From Aquificaceae bacterium (GTDB lineage: Bacteria > Aquificota > Aquificia > Aquificales > Aquificaceae), in assembly GCA_039630345.1 (NCBI GenBank), contig JBCNVD010000017.1:1-25883 (forward strand): DNA of 25,883 nt. The letters are read 5' to 3'. This document shows positions 1 to 8,766 of this stretch, one piece after another; the stretch's first letter is position 1; every line of letters begins with the position of its first letter. The translations under genes were made by a program, and so were the position numbers. The notes beneath the pieces are model-generated. The model ran no database searches. It was given only the letters and a program-made list of their open reading frames with translations, and was not told where the DNA came from.

Positions 1-1
1 C

Positions 2-1051
2 GCAAAGGAGTTTGGCATAAGCATAGCGTATGTAAACTTGGTTGGCGGTCAGGACGAGCTTGTTTTTGACGGCAGAAGCTTTGTCTTTTCTTTAGATGGA
101 GAGCTCCTTGCCAGAGCAAAGGCTTTTAAGCAGGATTTGCTAACTGTTAGTATTCCAGAGGGTAAGCTAAGGCCTGCCCCGATTAGAGAAAAGTCCTCGC
201 CTCCTACTAAAAAAAGACTCGAAGATAGCCCCGAAGGAGACAAAGAAGTCCTTATGGCAATAGAGCTCTCTTTAAAAGATTATTGCCAGAAAAACAGCTT
301 TGAAAAAGTGGTAGTGGGAGTCTCTGGAGGCATTGACTCTGCCCTTGTTTGTGCAATAAGCTGCAGAGTTTTGGGTCCGGAAAATGTCCTCGGTGTATTT
401 ATGCCATCTCCCTATACTTCCAAAGAGAGCAAAATCTTATCAAAAGAACTCTCAAGTCTTTGCGGATTTGAGCTAAGAGAGATTGAAATATCAGGTATTT
501 ACTCTGAGTTTTTAAAACTTCTTGGCTCTAATAAATTATCTGTTGCCGAAGAGAACCTCCAGTCAAGAATCAGGGCAATTATCCTTTACTATATTTCAAA
601 CAGAGAAAATAGACTTTTGCTATCTACCTCAAACAAAAGCGAGCTTGCTGTTGGATATTCCACCATAGGTGGTGATATGTCAGGTGGATTTGCACCGATA
701 AAAGACCTTTATAAAACCAGAGTTTATTCTCTTGCTGAGCTTATAAACTCTATCCAGAAACTTATACCCGAAGGGATAATCTCAAGACCCCCAAGTGCAG
801 AGCTTCGCCTTGGGCAAAGAGACGAAGACGAGCTTATGCCCTATAAAGAACTTGATAGGATGATTGATATGTTTTTAAAAGACGAACCTCTTTCAGAATT
901 TGATCTATCAGAGGTTCAAAAAATCACAAGAATGTTAAAGCTCGCAGAGTTTAAAAGAAAGCAAGCGCCAGTTGGTCCAAAGTTAACCCCTGTAGCTTTT
1001 GGCAAAGACTGGCGAATGCCTATAACTTCGGGGTTTGAAAAATGGATTTGA
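2..1051 (+). CDS. nadE: Glutamine-dependent NAD+ synthetase, 5' truncated by the window edge
   Basis: Frame is open from position 2 (AKEFGISIAYVNLVGGQDELVFDG, end of the nitrilase-like domain). Synthetase motifs SGGIDS, EENLQSRIR, NKSELAVGY, GGFAPIKDLYKT, PPSAELR. Confidence 0.95.
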   Translation, partial: AKEFGISIAYVNLVGGQDELVFDGRSFVFSLDGELLARAKAFKQDLLTVSIPEGKLRPAPIREKSSPPTKKRLEDSPEGDKEVLMAIELSLKDYCQKNSFEKVVVGVSGGIDSALVCAISCRVLGPENVLGVFMPSPYTSKESKILSKELSSLCGFELREIEISGIYSEFLKLLGSNKLSVAEENLQSRIRAIILYYISNRENRLLLSTSNKSELAVGYSTIGGDMSGGFAPIKDLYKTRVYSLAELINSIQKLIPEGIISRPPSAELRLGQRDEDELMPYKELDRMIDMFLKDEPLSEFDLSEVQKITRMLKLAEFKRKQAPVGPKLTPVAFGKDWRMPITSGFEKWI

Positions 1052-2169
1052 TGGACACTTACAAGCGCCTGCCTGTTAGGTTTTCCTACGGAAAAGGCGT
1101 TTATTTGTTTGACGAAAATGGTAAAAAATACCTTGATATGGTGGCGGGAATTGCGGTAAATTCTTTGGGACATTCTCACGATGAGCTTTCAGAGGTGATT
1201 TGCAAGCAGGCAAAAAGGCTTTTGCATATTTCAAACCTTTACGAAAACCCATGGCAGGAAGAACTTGCAAAACAGCTCGTTTCAGAATTTTGGTGCGAGG
1301 GCAAGGTCTTTTTCTGCAACAGCGGCACAGAAGCAAACGAAGGCGCAATAAAACTTGTCAGAAAGTATTTCAAAGACAGAGGCGAAAATAGGTTCAGGAT
1401 AATAACTTTTTATAACTCCTTCCATGGAAGAACCTTTGGCTCTCTTTCCGCAACCGCCCAGGAAAGACTTCAAAAGGGCTTTGAACCCCTGCTGGAAGGT
1501 TTTGATTATGCAACATATAACGACTTTGAGTCTGTTTTAAAGCTGTTAAAGCCTGAAACTGCCGGTATAATGCTTGAAGTTATTCAGGGAGAAGGCGGAA
1601 TCAACGAAGCAAGCGCTGAATTTTTGCAAAAAATTAACGACTTATGCCAAAAAGAAGGGCTTTTACTTGTAGTTGACGAGGTTCAAACAGGAGTTGGCAG
1701 AACCGGCAGGTTTTTCGCCTATTCACACTTTGACATAAAGCCTCACATAATCACCCTTGCAAAGGGTCTTGGTGGCGGTGTGCCAATAGGGGCAATAATT
1801 GCAACCTCAGAGGTTGCCAAATCCTTTTCCGCAGGTTCTCACGGCTCTACCTTCGGCGGAAACCCTCTTGCCTGCAGCGCATCTCTTGTGGTTGTAAAAA
1901 ATGTCAAAAAGCTCTTGCCATCTATTGAGAGAGTCGGCGGGCTTTTAAAAGCAGGTCTTGAAGCCATCTCTGCTGGCATAGTAAGAGGCAAAGGTCTTAT
2001 GCTTGGACTTGAGCTTGATAGAGACTGCCAGGAAGTTGTCTTAAGAGCTCTTCAAAATGGGCTTTTGATTAACTGCACCGCCAGAAAAGTTATAAGATTT
2101 GTGCCCCCCCTCGTAATCACCGAGGGGGAGGTTCTTGAAGCTCTGGAAATTTTAAAAAAGAGCCTTTAA
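1042..2169 (+). CDS. argD: Acetylornithine aminotransferase (class III PLP enzyme)
   Basis: FCNSGTEANE, FHGRT, IQGEGG, DEVQTGVGRTG, TLAKGLGGG (PLP lysine), HGSTFGGNP. Confidence 0.93.
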   Translation: MDLMDTYKRLPVRFSYGKGVYLFDENGKKYLDMVAGIAVNSLGHSHDELSEVICKQAKRLLHISNLYENPWQEELAKQLVSEFWCEGKVFFCNSGTEANEGAIKLVRKYFKDRGENRFRIITFYNSFHGRTFGSLSATAQERLQKGFEPLLEGFDYATYNDFESVLKLLKPETAGIMLEVIQGEGGINEASAEFLQKINDLCQKEGLLLVVDEVQTGVGRTGRFFAYSHFDIKPHIITLAKGLGGGVPIGAIIATSEVAKSFSAGSHGSTFGGNPLACSASLVVVKNVKKLLPSIERVGGLLKAGLEAISAGIVRGKGLMLGLELDRDCQEVVLRALQNGLLINCTARKVIRFVPPLVITEGEVLEALEILKKSL

Positions 2170-2876
2170 ACAGCTACTTTTTTCTCAGGTTGTGGCAAGA
2201 AGGGCTCAAGACCTTGCTCTTTTGCCCACCTTTGAGCGTGCTCGTATGTGCCCTTGGCGGTATTTATGTTTTTCTCAATAAGCTCAAGTTTTTTCTTGAA
2301 CTTTCTCTCGAGCGCAGAATCAAGTGAAGCAGTGCCACCTGATGCCACGAACTTTTTAAGGAACCTTGACTTTATACCCTCTTCTATTGCGGTCGTGCCT
2401 ACTATTCCTGTTGCACCAAAGAGAGCCCCTATCATTGCCATGTTTGTGGAAAGCTCCGTGCCTGCAACTTCCAGAGCGTATTTGGTTGCGTTTATGTTAA
2501 GGACTTTGACATTCAGGTCTTCCAGTCTTTTGATGTCTTCTTCGTTAAGTAGCTCTTCGTCAGAGTTTATAATAATTAGCCCCGAGGGCTTTATACCAGA
2601 ATAAAATGGCATCGTATAGGATTTACCCATCGTTATGACCTGCGGATGGAAAACCATTATAATGTCCGGGTAGACGACCTCGCCTCTGTCGTAGATTGGG
2701 TCAAGACCTATTCTTGCGTAACTCTCCGCCGGAGCCATCCTTTTCTCTGCGCCGAAGAAGGGGTTTGAAACTGCAAAGTAGCCTTCAAAGTCCGCGGCAG
2801 TTGCTATTATGTGTGCTGCGGTAACCGCGCCCTGACCGCCGAGAGCGGGCATTCTAATATTTAGCCTTCTTCTCAC
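2166..2876 (-). CDS. porG: Pyruvate:ferredoxin oxidoreductase gamma subunit
   Basis: GGQGAVTAA, FFGAEKRMAP, TNMAMIGA. Last gene of an E-D-A-B-G cluster. GTG start with GGAGG upstream. Confidence 0.88.
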   Translation of the reverse strand: MRRRLNIRMPALGGQGAVTAAHIIATAADFEGYFAVSNPFFGAEKRMAPAESYARIGLDPIYDRGEVVYPDIIMVFHPQVITMGKSYTMPFYSGIKPSGLIIINSDEELLNEEDIKRLEDLNVKVLNINATKYALEVAGTELSTNMAMIGALFGATGIVGTTAIEEGIKSRFLKKFVASGGTASLDSALERKFKKKLELIEKNINTAKGTYEHAQRWAKEQGLEPFLPQPEKKVAV

Positions 2877-3733
2877 AGCAGACCCTCCTCTTTTTTGCGG
2901 TCTATAACTTCCTGAGCTTGTGGGGTTATGTATTCAAAGAAAGAGAAACGCTCTTTGTCGCGCTGGCGCATCTCGTCAAGACCGTCGTCAGAGTTTAGAC
3001 CAATTTCTAAAATGCATGGGGTATATAGATGTATGTAAGTTGGTCCAACCTCTCTGGCTATGTAGATGGCTTTTTTCACCACAGACTCGACTTTTTTAGG
3101 CGAAGATACTGTCAGCCTTGCTACATAGTGACATCCAGAATCTATGGCAATTTGCCAAAACGGAACTTTGTCCCACTGCTTGCCTTTAGGAGCCATTTTA
3201 AAAACGTGGCCTTTTACAGTTAGACCGCTTTCCTGACCGCCCGTGTTTGCATAAACTTCGTTGTCAAAGCAGATAGTGGTTATTTTTTCCTGCCTGAAAA
3301 ATGATTGAAGAGTGCAATCAAGACCTATATCGACCGTTGCCCCGTCTCCTGCAAGCACAACTACATCTTTGACCCTATCTGGAAAGCGCCACTCAAGAAC
3401 TCTTTTGATACCTGAAGCAACTGCGTTTTGATTGCCAAACAAAGAGTGCACGGTATGCAAAGCTATGTGTGGAAAAACCAGTGAGGTGCAACCTGTTGAG
3501 TTAACAATGATGGTATCTTCCGGGTTTGGAAGGGAAGCAAGAATGTATCTAAGAGCCATAGACTCTGGACAACCTGCGCATAGAGAGTGCTCCTCTATGA
3601 GCTCTTTGGAGTAAGGTAGGTCCATCACACCCCTTTTGGGGTTGTTCCATGTAGCTTTAAATTGAAGGTCTTTTATCTCCTGTGGCAAAACATCAAGTAG
3701 ATCTTCGTTTATTTCATAAATCTTAAATGACAT
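2873..3733 (-). CDS. porB: Pyruvate:ferredoxin oxidoreductase beta subunit (TPP, Fe-S)
   Basis: CAGCPE, STGC, GDG...DNEVYANTGGQ TPP-binding motif, TPC. GGAGG upstream. Confidence 0.9.
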   Translation of the reverse strand: MSFKIYEINEDLLDVLPQEIKDLQFKATWNNPKRGVMDLPYSKELIEEHSLCAGCPESMALRYILASLPNPEDTIIVNSTGCTSLVFPHIALHTVHSLFGNQNAVASGIKRVLEWRFPDRVKDVVVLAGDGATVDIGLDCTLQSFFRQEKITTICFDNEVYANTGGQESGLTVKGHVFKMAPKGKQWDKVPFWQIAIDSGCHYVARLTVSSPKKVESVVKKAIYIAREVGPTYIHLYTPCILEIGLNSDDGLDEMRQRDKERFSFFEYITPQAQEVIDRKKEEGLL

Positions 3734-4925
3734 GCTTGACCTCCTTTAAGGTTGTTAAAACCTCTTTAACTATTACCTCTGCGGGCATTGTCATACCGCC
3801 TGCAACTCTTGGAGATCCGACGATTTCTGCATCTGAGTATCCATAAAGGTATCTTCTTACTTCGCGCTCAAGCCATCCAACGACATTGAATTCCGGGACG
3901 AATATATACTTGGCTTTTTTAACTGCCTGTCTTAATTCTTCTTCCGGGAATGGTCTTATGGTCTTTAGCTTAACTACCTTTGCGTCTATGCCTTCTTGAG
4001 ACAAAAGTCTAACTGCCTCTTTTGCCTGTGCTGCTGCTGTTCCGCAAGCGACAAAGACAATGTCTGCCTCTTGACTGCCAAACTCTTCAATAAGAGAGCG
4101 AAGATAGTGTTTTGCAAAAGGACGCGAGCGCTCTATTGCAGAGCGAACTTCCCACTGCCAGCTTGCGTGCGTTGCGTAAGAGATATAGTTTGACTTCATC
4201 ACAAAAGGATCTCTTAAAAACCTGCCTGGGGGCACTTCAGAGTCTATTACCGGCATTGGGGATTTGTAGGGGTTATAAGGTGGCAGTGCTATGTCATCAG
4301 GTGGCAACATTATCGCTTCGCGGGTATGGGAGACAAAAAAGCCGTCCACAACCGTAACTACTGGCACATGAACTGCTGGCTTTTCAGCAACTGTAAACCC
4401 AGCTATTATCATATCAAACAAATCCTGAGCGTTTTCCGCATACCATATCATGCAACCAGTATCCAGAAGGAAGCTAACCTCAAGGTTGTCTGGCTGTATT
4501 GAAAGCGGGGCATTTACCCCTCTTGCCATTAAAACGAGCTGAACCGGGATTCTGGTGCCTGCCCACATCGGGAAGTTTTCCATTGCTCTTAATGTGCCAG
4601 GACCAGAGGTCGTTGTTATGGTTCTTGCTCCCGCAAGCGCACAGCCGGCAATTTCTGACATAACACCAAACTCGGACTCTCCACGGAAGTAAACACCTAC
4701 ATAGCCTTCTACCCAGAGTTCGCCTATTAAATGGGCTGCCTCTGACTGGGGCGTTATGGGGTATGAAACAGAAGCGTCCACAGACGAGCGCTTGACTGCC
4801 TCCTTGACGGCTTCAGAGCCAGTCATGAAATGCTTTGTCCTTGGCGCTTCAAAGAGCAAATAATCTGGCGAGACTATCCTCTGTCCCGCCCTGTTGTATT
4901 GTACTTCTTGCTCTACGGCTTTCAT
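3723..4925 (-). CDS. porA: Pyruvate:ferredoxin oxidoreductase alpha subunit
   Basis: YPITPQSE, ESEFG, TTTSGPG, DGFFVSHT. Start moved to the ATG at 4925, which follows AAGGAGG. Confidence 0.9.
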   Translation of the reverse strand: MKAVEQEVQYNRAGQRIVSPDYLLFEAPRTKHFMTGSEAVKEAVKRSSVDASVSYPITPQSEAAHLIGELWVEGYVGVYFRGESEFGVMSEIAGCALAGARTITTTSGPGTLRAMENFPMWAGTRIPVQLVLMARGVNAPLSIQPDNLEVSFLLDTGCMIWYAENAQDLFDMIIAGFTVAEKPAVHVPVVTVVDGFFVSHTREAIMLPPDDIALPPYNPYKSPMPVIDSEVPPGRFLRDPFVMKSNYISYATHASWQWEVRSAIERSRPFAKHYLRSLIEEFGSQEADIVFVACGTAAAQAKEAVRLLSQEGIDAKVVKLKTIRPFPEEELRQAVKKAKYIFVPEFNVVGWLEREVRRYLYGYSDAEIVGSPRVAGGMTMPAEVIVKEVLTTLKEVKHVI

Positions 4926-4938
4926 AATGCCCTCCTTT

Positions 4939-5508
4939 TCAAACTCCAAGCTCTGCCTTTACCTGCTTTGCAACTTCTATAAAGCGCTCTACCTCTTCGG
5001 AATGCTGGTCTCTTAGGGTAATCATCGCATCCTCGTGACCGTCCATTGAGCACATTGCTATGGTGAAGCAATCGGTTTCTGCGCGTATGATTTTTAAAGC
5101 AACATTTGCATAATGGCAGTGAACGCCTATAAATATGCAGGCTTTGATTCTATTGTGCCAGATTGTTAAATTTGGATGATTTGGATTTATCTCAACTGCA
5201 GGGTTTATCTTGGGGTATTTTGGTCTATAGTCGTACATGGGAATGATTTTTGCATTTAGAACTTTTGCCATTTCTTTTACCAGCTTTGCTTTCTTCTTAG
5301 CCTCTTCAGACCAGCCATAAAGAACCTGAGGACCCGGGAAGATAGTCGGGTTTTGACGAGTCAGCATTGCCTTTGCTGCCTCTCTCATGGCTATCTCCTC
5401 AGGGACTATCTGGTCATATAAAAGAGCCTGCCCTTCCTGAGGGTTTAAAAGCTTTTGAAAGTATGCAACAGAATATGGTGAGTATCCGCTTGGTCCAAGT
5501 TTCGCCAT
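4939..5508 (-). CDS. porD: Pyruvate:ferredoxin oxidoreductase delta subunit (Aquificae five-subunit type)
   Basis: NPTIFPGP, YDYRPKYPKINP...NPNHPNLTIWHN, HCHY. Lies between the ferredoxin-like gene and porA. Start set to the ATG at 5508, 2 nt after the porE stop. Confidence 0.82.
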   Translation of the reverse strand: MAKLGPSGYSPYSVAYFQKLLNPQEGQALLYDQIVPEEIAMREAAKAMLTRQNPTIFPGPQVLYGWSEEAKKKAKLVKEMAKVLNAKIIPMYDYRPKYPKINPAVEINPNHPNLTIWHNRIKACIFIGVHCHYANVALKIIRAETDCFTIAMCSMDGHEDAMITLRDQHSEEVERFIEVAKQVKAELGV

Positions 5509-5510
5509 TT

Positions 5511-5741
5511 TTATGCCCCCGCATGAACTTCTGGCATTATCATGTGTATGGCATTGCGCTTTAGTAAATTGGTGCATACAAATACGCATAGAGCACAGCC
5601 TTTACAGCGCTCGCTTACTACAAAAGCATGGTGCTCAGGGTCATTGTACATGAGTGTATTTGGCTCAGGACAGAAAAGCGTGCACTGCTTGCAGTTATAC
5701 TTGGTGCACTCGTCATTTATGACCTCTGCTACATAGTACAT
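5511..5741 (-). CDS. porE: Ferredoxin-like epsilon subunit of the oxidoreductase (two 4Fe-4S-type Cys clusters)
   Basis: CTKYNCKQCTLFCP and CKGCALCVFVC. First gene of the cluster, GGAGG RBS. Order E-D-A-B-G matches por rather than forDABGE. Confidence 0.83.
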   Translation of the reverse strand: MYYVAEVINDECTKYNCKQCTLFCPEPNTLMYNDPEHHAFVVSERCKGCALCVFVCTNLLKRNAIHMIMPEVHAGA

Positions 5742-5774
5742 AGGCAGCCTCCGGTTGTTAATCTGGTGTTTTAA

Positions 5775-5802
5775 AGTTTATGCAGGCGTGGTAATTTGTC
5801 AA
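5775..5802 (-). promoter_or_regulatory. Putative sigma70 promoter of the por operon
   Basis: Minus strand TTGACA (5802-5797), 16-nt spacer, TAAACT (5780-5775), upstream of the porE RBS. Confidence 0.6.
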
Positions 5803-5849
5803 TCATACAATTCAAACTGAAAGGCGCTAATATATATTACTGAGGTTAT

Positions 5850-6974
5850 ATGAGAAGTATATACCTTCTGGTATTTCTCTTTAAGTTCCTTTACGCTTCT
5901 CAGTTTTGCTCAATAGAAGAAGCTACCCAGAAGCTAAGAGACCTTGCACAGAGAAATTATCTCTGGTGGGACCGCGTTAAAGATGCCCAGTGGAAAGACC
6001 CCTCTGAGTTTATAAAAGTGGTGAGAAACGCAGGCGATAGATGGACTTCTATAACCAAGCAGGAAGAGGATAGACTGTGGTATTCAAGCTCTAAACTTTT
6101 CGGTCTTGGTATAAGATGGGACGAAACAGGTAAAATTGTAAAAGTCTATCCAGACTCTTCCGCTTATTCTTATGGTCTAAGACCGGGAGATATCATAATT
6201 TCAGTAAACGCAATCACAGATAAAAATCTGTGGCGTTCAACAATCAGAGAAACCCAGGGACCTGTGAAGGTTGAGTTCATAAGAGACGGACTTGTTTATC
6301 AGCTTGATATACCGAAAGCAGAGTTTACTATCCCTATAGTTGAAGAGACTTCTGTTCATAGATTTGGCGATAAGGTAGTTGGATATATCAAATTAAACAA
6401 CTTCACAGCACCGGCTGTTGAGAGTTTTAGAAACGCCCTTATCCAGATATCTCAGGTAAATCCATCCATACTGATACTTGACCTTCGCGACAATGGCGGG
6501 GGTCTTATATCCGTTGCGAGTTCTATTGCCCAGATGATGATAAAGGGAGAGGGCACCATGTTTTATCTTGAGGGTAGGGATAAAAACTACGGCGTTTATG
6601 AATTTCAGGGACGCCAGCCTATATACACCGGACAGATTGCAGTGCTTGTAAACAAACAAACAGCCTCTGCGGCTGAGCTCCTGACTTCACTTCTTAAATA
6701 CTTCGCAGGGGCCAAGGTTATTGGTGAAAACACCCTGGGCAAGCATGTTGGTAGCAATATGTACCAGCTGGATAACTGTGGCAACATAATAAGACTTATC
6801 ACCTTTCAGATGAAGTTGCCAGACGGAAAACCGGTCGCAACTGACAGAGGTATTGATCCAGATTGCAAGTTTAATCAGGGTAAAAGCCCTGTTGAGGATG
6901 GATTGGAGTGTCTTTTGAAAGACCCAGCACCCTCTTTAGCAAATCCTTTAGCTCCTCGCGTTCCAGCTCAGTGA
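5850..6974 (+). CDS. S41 family C-terminal processing peptidase with PDZ domain and signal peptide
   Basis: Hydrophobic N-terminus, PDZ (GLGI...GLRPGDIIISVN), GYIKLNNF, LDLRDNGGG, TASAAE (Ser), GENTLGK (Lys). Confidence 0.9.
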   Translation: MRSIYLLVFLFKFLYASQFCSIEEATQKLRDLAQRNYLWWDRVKDAQWKDPSEFIKVVRNAGDRWTSITKQEEDRLWYSSSKLFGLGIRWDETGKIVKVYPDSSAYSYGLRPGDIIISVNAITDKNLWRSTIRETQGPVKVEFIRDGLVYQLDIPKAEFTIPIVEETSVHRFGDKVVGYIKLNNFTAPAVESFRNALIQISQVNPSILILDLRDNGGGLISVASSIAQMMIKGEGTMFYLEGRDKNYGVYEFQGRQPIYTGQIAVLVNKQTASAAELLTSLLKYFAGAKVIGENTLGKHVGSNMYQLDNCGNIIRLITFQMKLPDGKPVATDRGIDPDCKFNQGKSPVEDGLECLLKDPAPSLANPLAPRVPAQ

Positions 6975-7413
6975 ATATCTCTATGGCGTTTTCTGGCGGC
7001 TCAAATTCACCTTTTAGCTTCAGATAAACTTCAAAGTCTGCATCAGAGATATCGCCGACTCTTTTTGAAAGCCTTTCTTTTATAGTCTCTTCGCGGGCAG
7101 TTGTGTGAATGAAAATAACATCTTTGAAGTTTTTATAAACTTTTTCTCTTTGCCACTTTTTTAAAAAAGAGCCATCAAGGACGAGATTATGACCCTTTTG
7201 TGAAAACTCTTTTGCTTTTTCAATCAGGGTATCATAAACTCTTTTATTCCAATCCTGCGAATACACCTCGGGAGGGGCTTTTTTATGTAGTTCTATGCCT
7301 GCCAGCTCTTTTCTTATGCTGTCAGTGCGAAGCCAGACAAAACCAAGTTCGTGAAGTATGCTGGCTATGAAAGACTTACCGCTTCCCGGCAGACCAACAA
7401 GGGCTACTATCAT
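6871..7413 (-). CDS. Stand-alone P-loop kinase (AAA_33/COG0645-like)
   Basis: Walker A GLPGSGKS, TDSIRKEL, VLDGSF, ERLSKR...SDAD lid motif. Confidence 0.8.
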   Translation of the reverse strand: MIVALVGLPGSGKSFIASILHELGFVWLRTDSIRKELAGIELHKKAPPEVYSQDWNKRVYDTLIEKAKEFSQKGHNLVLDGSFLKKWQREKVYKNFKDVIFIHTTAREETIKERLSKRVGDISDADFEVYLKLKGEFEPPENAIEIFTELEREELKDLLKRVLGLSKDTPIHPQQGFYPD

Positions 7414-7904
7414 TTAATCCCAAGGTGTTCAAAAAGAGCAGGGCTGTAGCCTTCTATGATTTTAGGTGGGTCTAGAATGATGTTATAAGGGACTGTTTGA
7501 ATGCCGAGTTTTTGTGCTATTGATATGTGATGTTTTAAAATTGGGCATTCTGAAGATTTTGGCGGGTTTTTATCAAAAAAGCCAGAGAGAACCATATCAA
7601 AAGCCCTTAGTCTGTTTTTTGAACAGGCTATGTAGTTTGCTTTTGCAACGCTTTCGGAGGAGGATTCAAAAGGCAAGAGAAAAACATAAAGCTTTAAGCT
7701 CGAGAGATGTTTTTTGAGCTCTTCCCACTCGCGCCTGCAATATCCGCAGTCTGGATTGACAAAAATAATTAGCTGTTTTGAACCATTTCCAAAAACGAGA
7801 GCTTTTTCAAGGGGAATTTCCCTTATGCGCTCTTTTACATATTCATTATATACATCCTGAGCAAAAGAGAGACTAAATATCAAAAACAGAAAGAGCCACC
7901 TCAA
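7410..7904 (-). CDS. Exported DsbC/DsbG-like thioredoxin-fold protein
   Basis: Signal peptide, NPDCGYC active site, second Cys pair, GIQTVP cis-Pro loop. TTG start overlaps the ispH stop. Confidence 0.82.
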   Translation of the reverse strand: MRWLFLFLIFSLSFAQDVYNEYVKERIREIPLEKALVFGNGSKQLIIFVNPDCGYCRREWEELKKHLSSLKLYVFLLPFESSSESVAKANYIACSKNRLRAFDMVLSGFFDKNPPKSSECPILKHHISIAQKLGIQTVPYNIILDPPKIIEGYSPALFEHLGIK

Positions 7905-8740
7905 GATGCTATCTCCTTTAGCTTTAATACTACCTTTTCTATGAGCCAGTCCGGGGTTGATGCGCCTGCGGTTACTCCTATTTTGGATGCGTTTTCAAAC
8001 CATTCTTTTCTGAGTTCTTCTTCGGTCTCTACATGGAAGCTGTTTGGATTTAGAGCCTTTGATAACTCAAAGAGTCTCCTTGTGTTACCGCTGTTTTTTC
8101 CGCCTATTATTACCATTGCGTCTACTTTTGGGGCAAGCTCCATAACACCTTCCTGACGCTCTGAGGTTGCGTTGCAGATTGTGTTTATGAGCTTTAGCTC
8201 TCGCACCCACAGGGCAAGCTCGCCAACGACTTCTTTCAGAAACTGCTCACTCTGGGTTGTTTGCGACACTATACCGACCTTTTCTCTGCTGAGGACTTTT
8301 TTAAGGTCCTGTTTTGATTCCACAACTATGCCTTCGCAGTTTAGATACCCAAGCGTTCCTAAAACTTCCGGATGGTTCTTTTCCCCCAGTAAGACAACAA
8401 AATAGCCCTCCTTGCAAAGTTTTTGCACAGCTTCATGGACTGCCTTGACATAAGGGCATGTTGCGTCTATTATTTCAAAGCCTTGACTTTTTAGATAGTT
8501 CTCTCTCTGGGGGGAGATGCCATGGGAGCGAATCACAATCCTTGAGGGTTTTAGATTCGATTCATCCTCAACAGGCTCAAGACCTGCAAGCTCAAGTCTC
8601 TTTACTTCCTGAGGATTATGAATCAGAGGTCCGAGTGAGTATAGCTTACCGCCTGAGTTTATTGCCTCTTCTGCCAGTTTTATGGCTCTTCTTACGCCAA
8701 AGCAAAAGCCTGCTGACTTTGCAATTAAAATCTCAGCCAT
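7901..8740 (-). CDS. ispH: 4-hydroxy-3-methylbut-2-enyl diphosphate reductase
   Basis: AGFCFGVRRA, LIHN, RSHG, DATCPYV, HPEV, SQTT, TICNAT, GVTAGASTP. Start set to the ATG at 8740. Confidence 0.96.
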   Translation of the reverse strand: MAEILIAKSAGFCFGVRRAIKLAEEAINSGGKLYSLGPLIHNPQEVKRLELAGLEPVEDESNLKPSRIVIRSHGISPQRENYLKSQGFEIIDATCPYVKAVHEAVQKLCKEGYFVVLLGEKNHPEVLGTLGYLNCEGIVVESKQDLKKVLSREKVGIVSQTTQSEQFLKEVVGELALWVRELKLINTICNATSERQEGVMELAPKVDAMVIIGGKNSGNTRRLFELSKALNPNSFHVETEEELRKEWFENASKIGVTAGASTPDWLIEKVVLKLKEIAS

Positions 8741-8766
8741 ATTAGTTATTAATTTTAGACCGCAAG

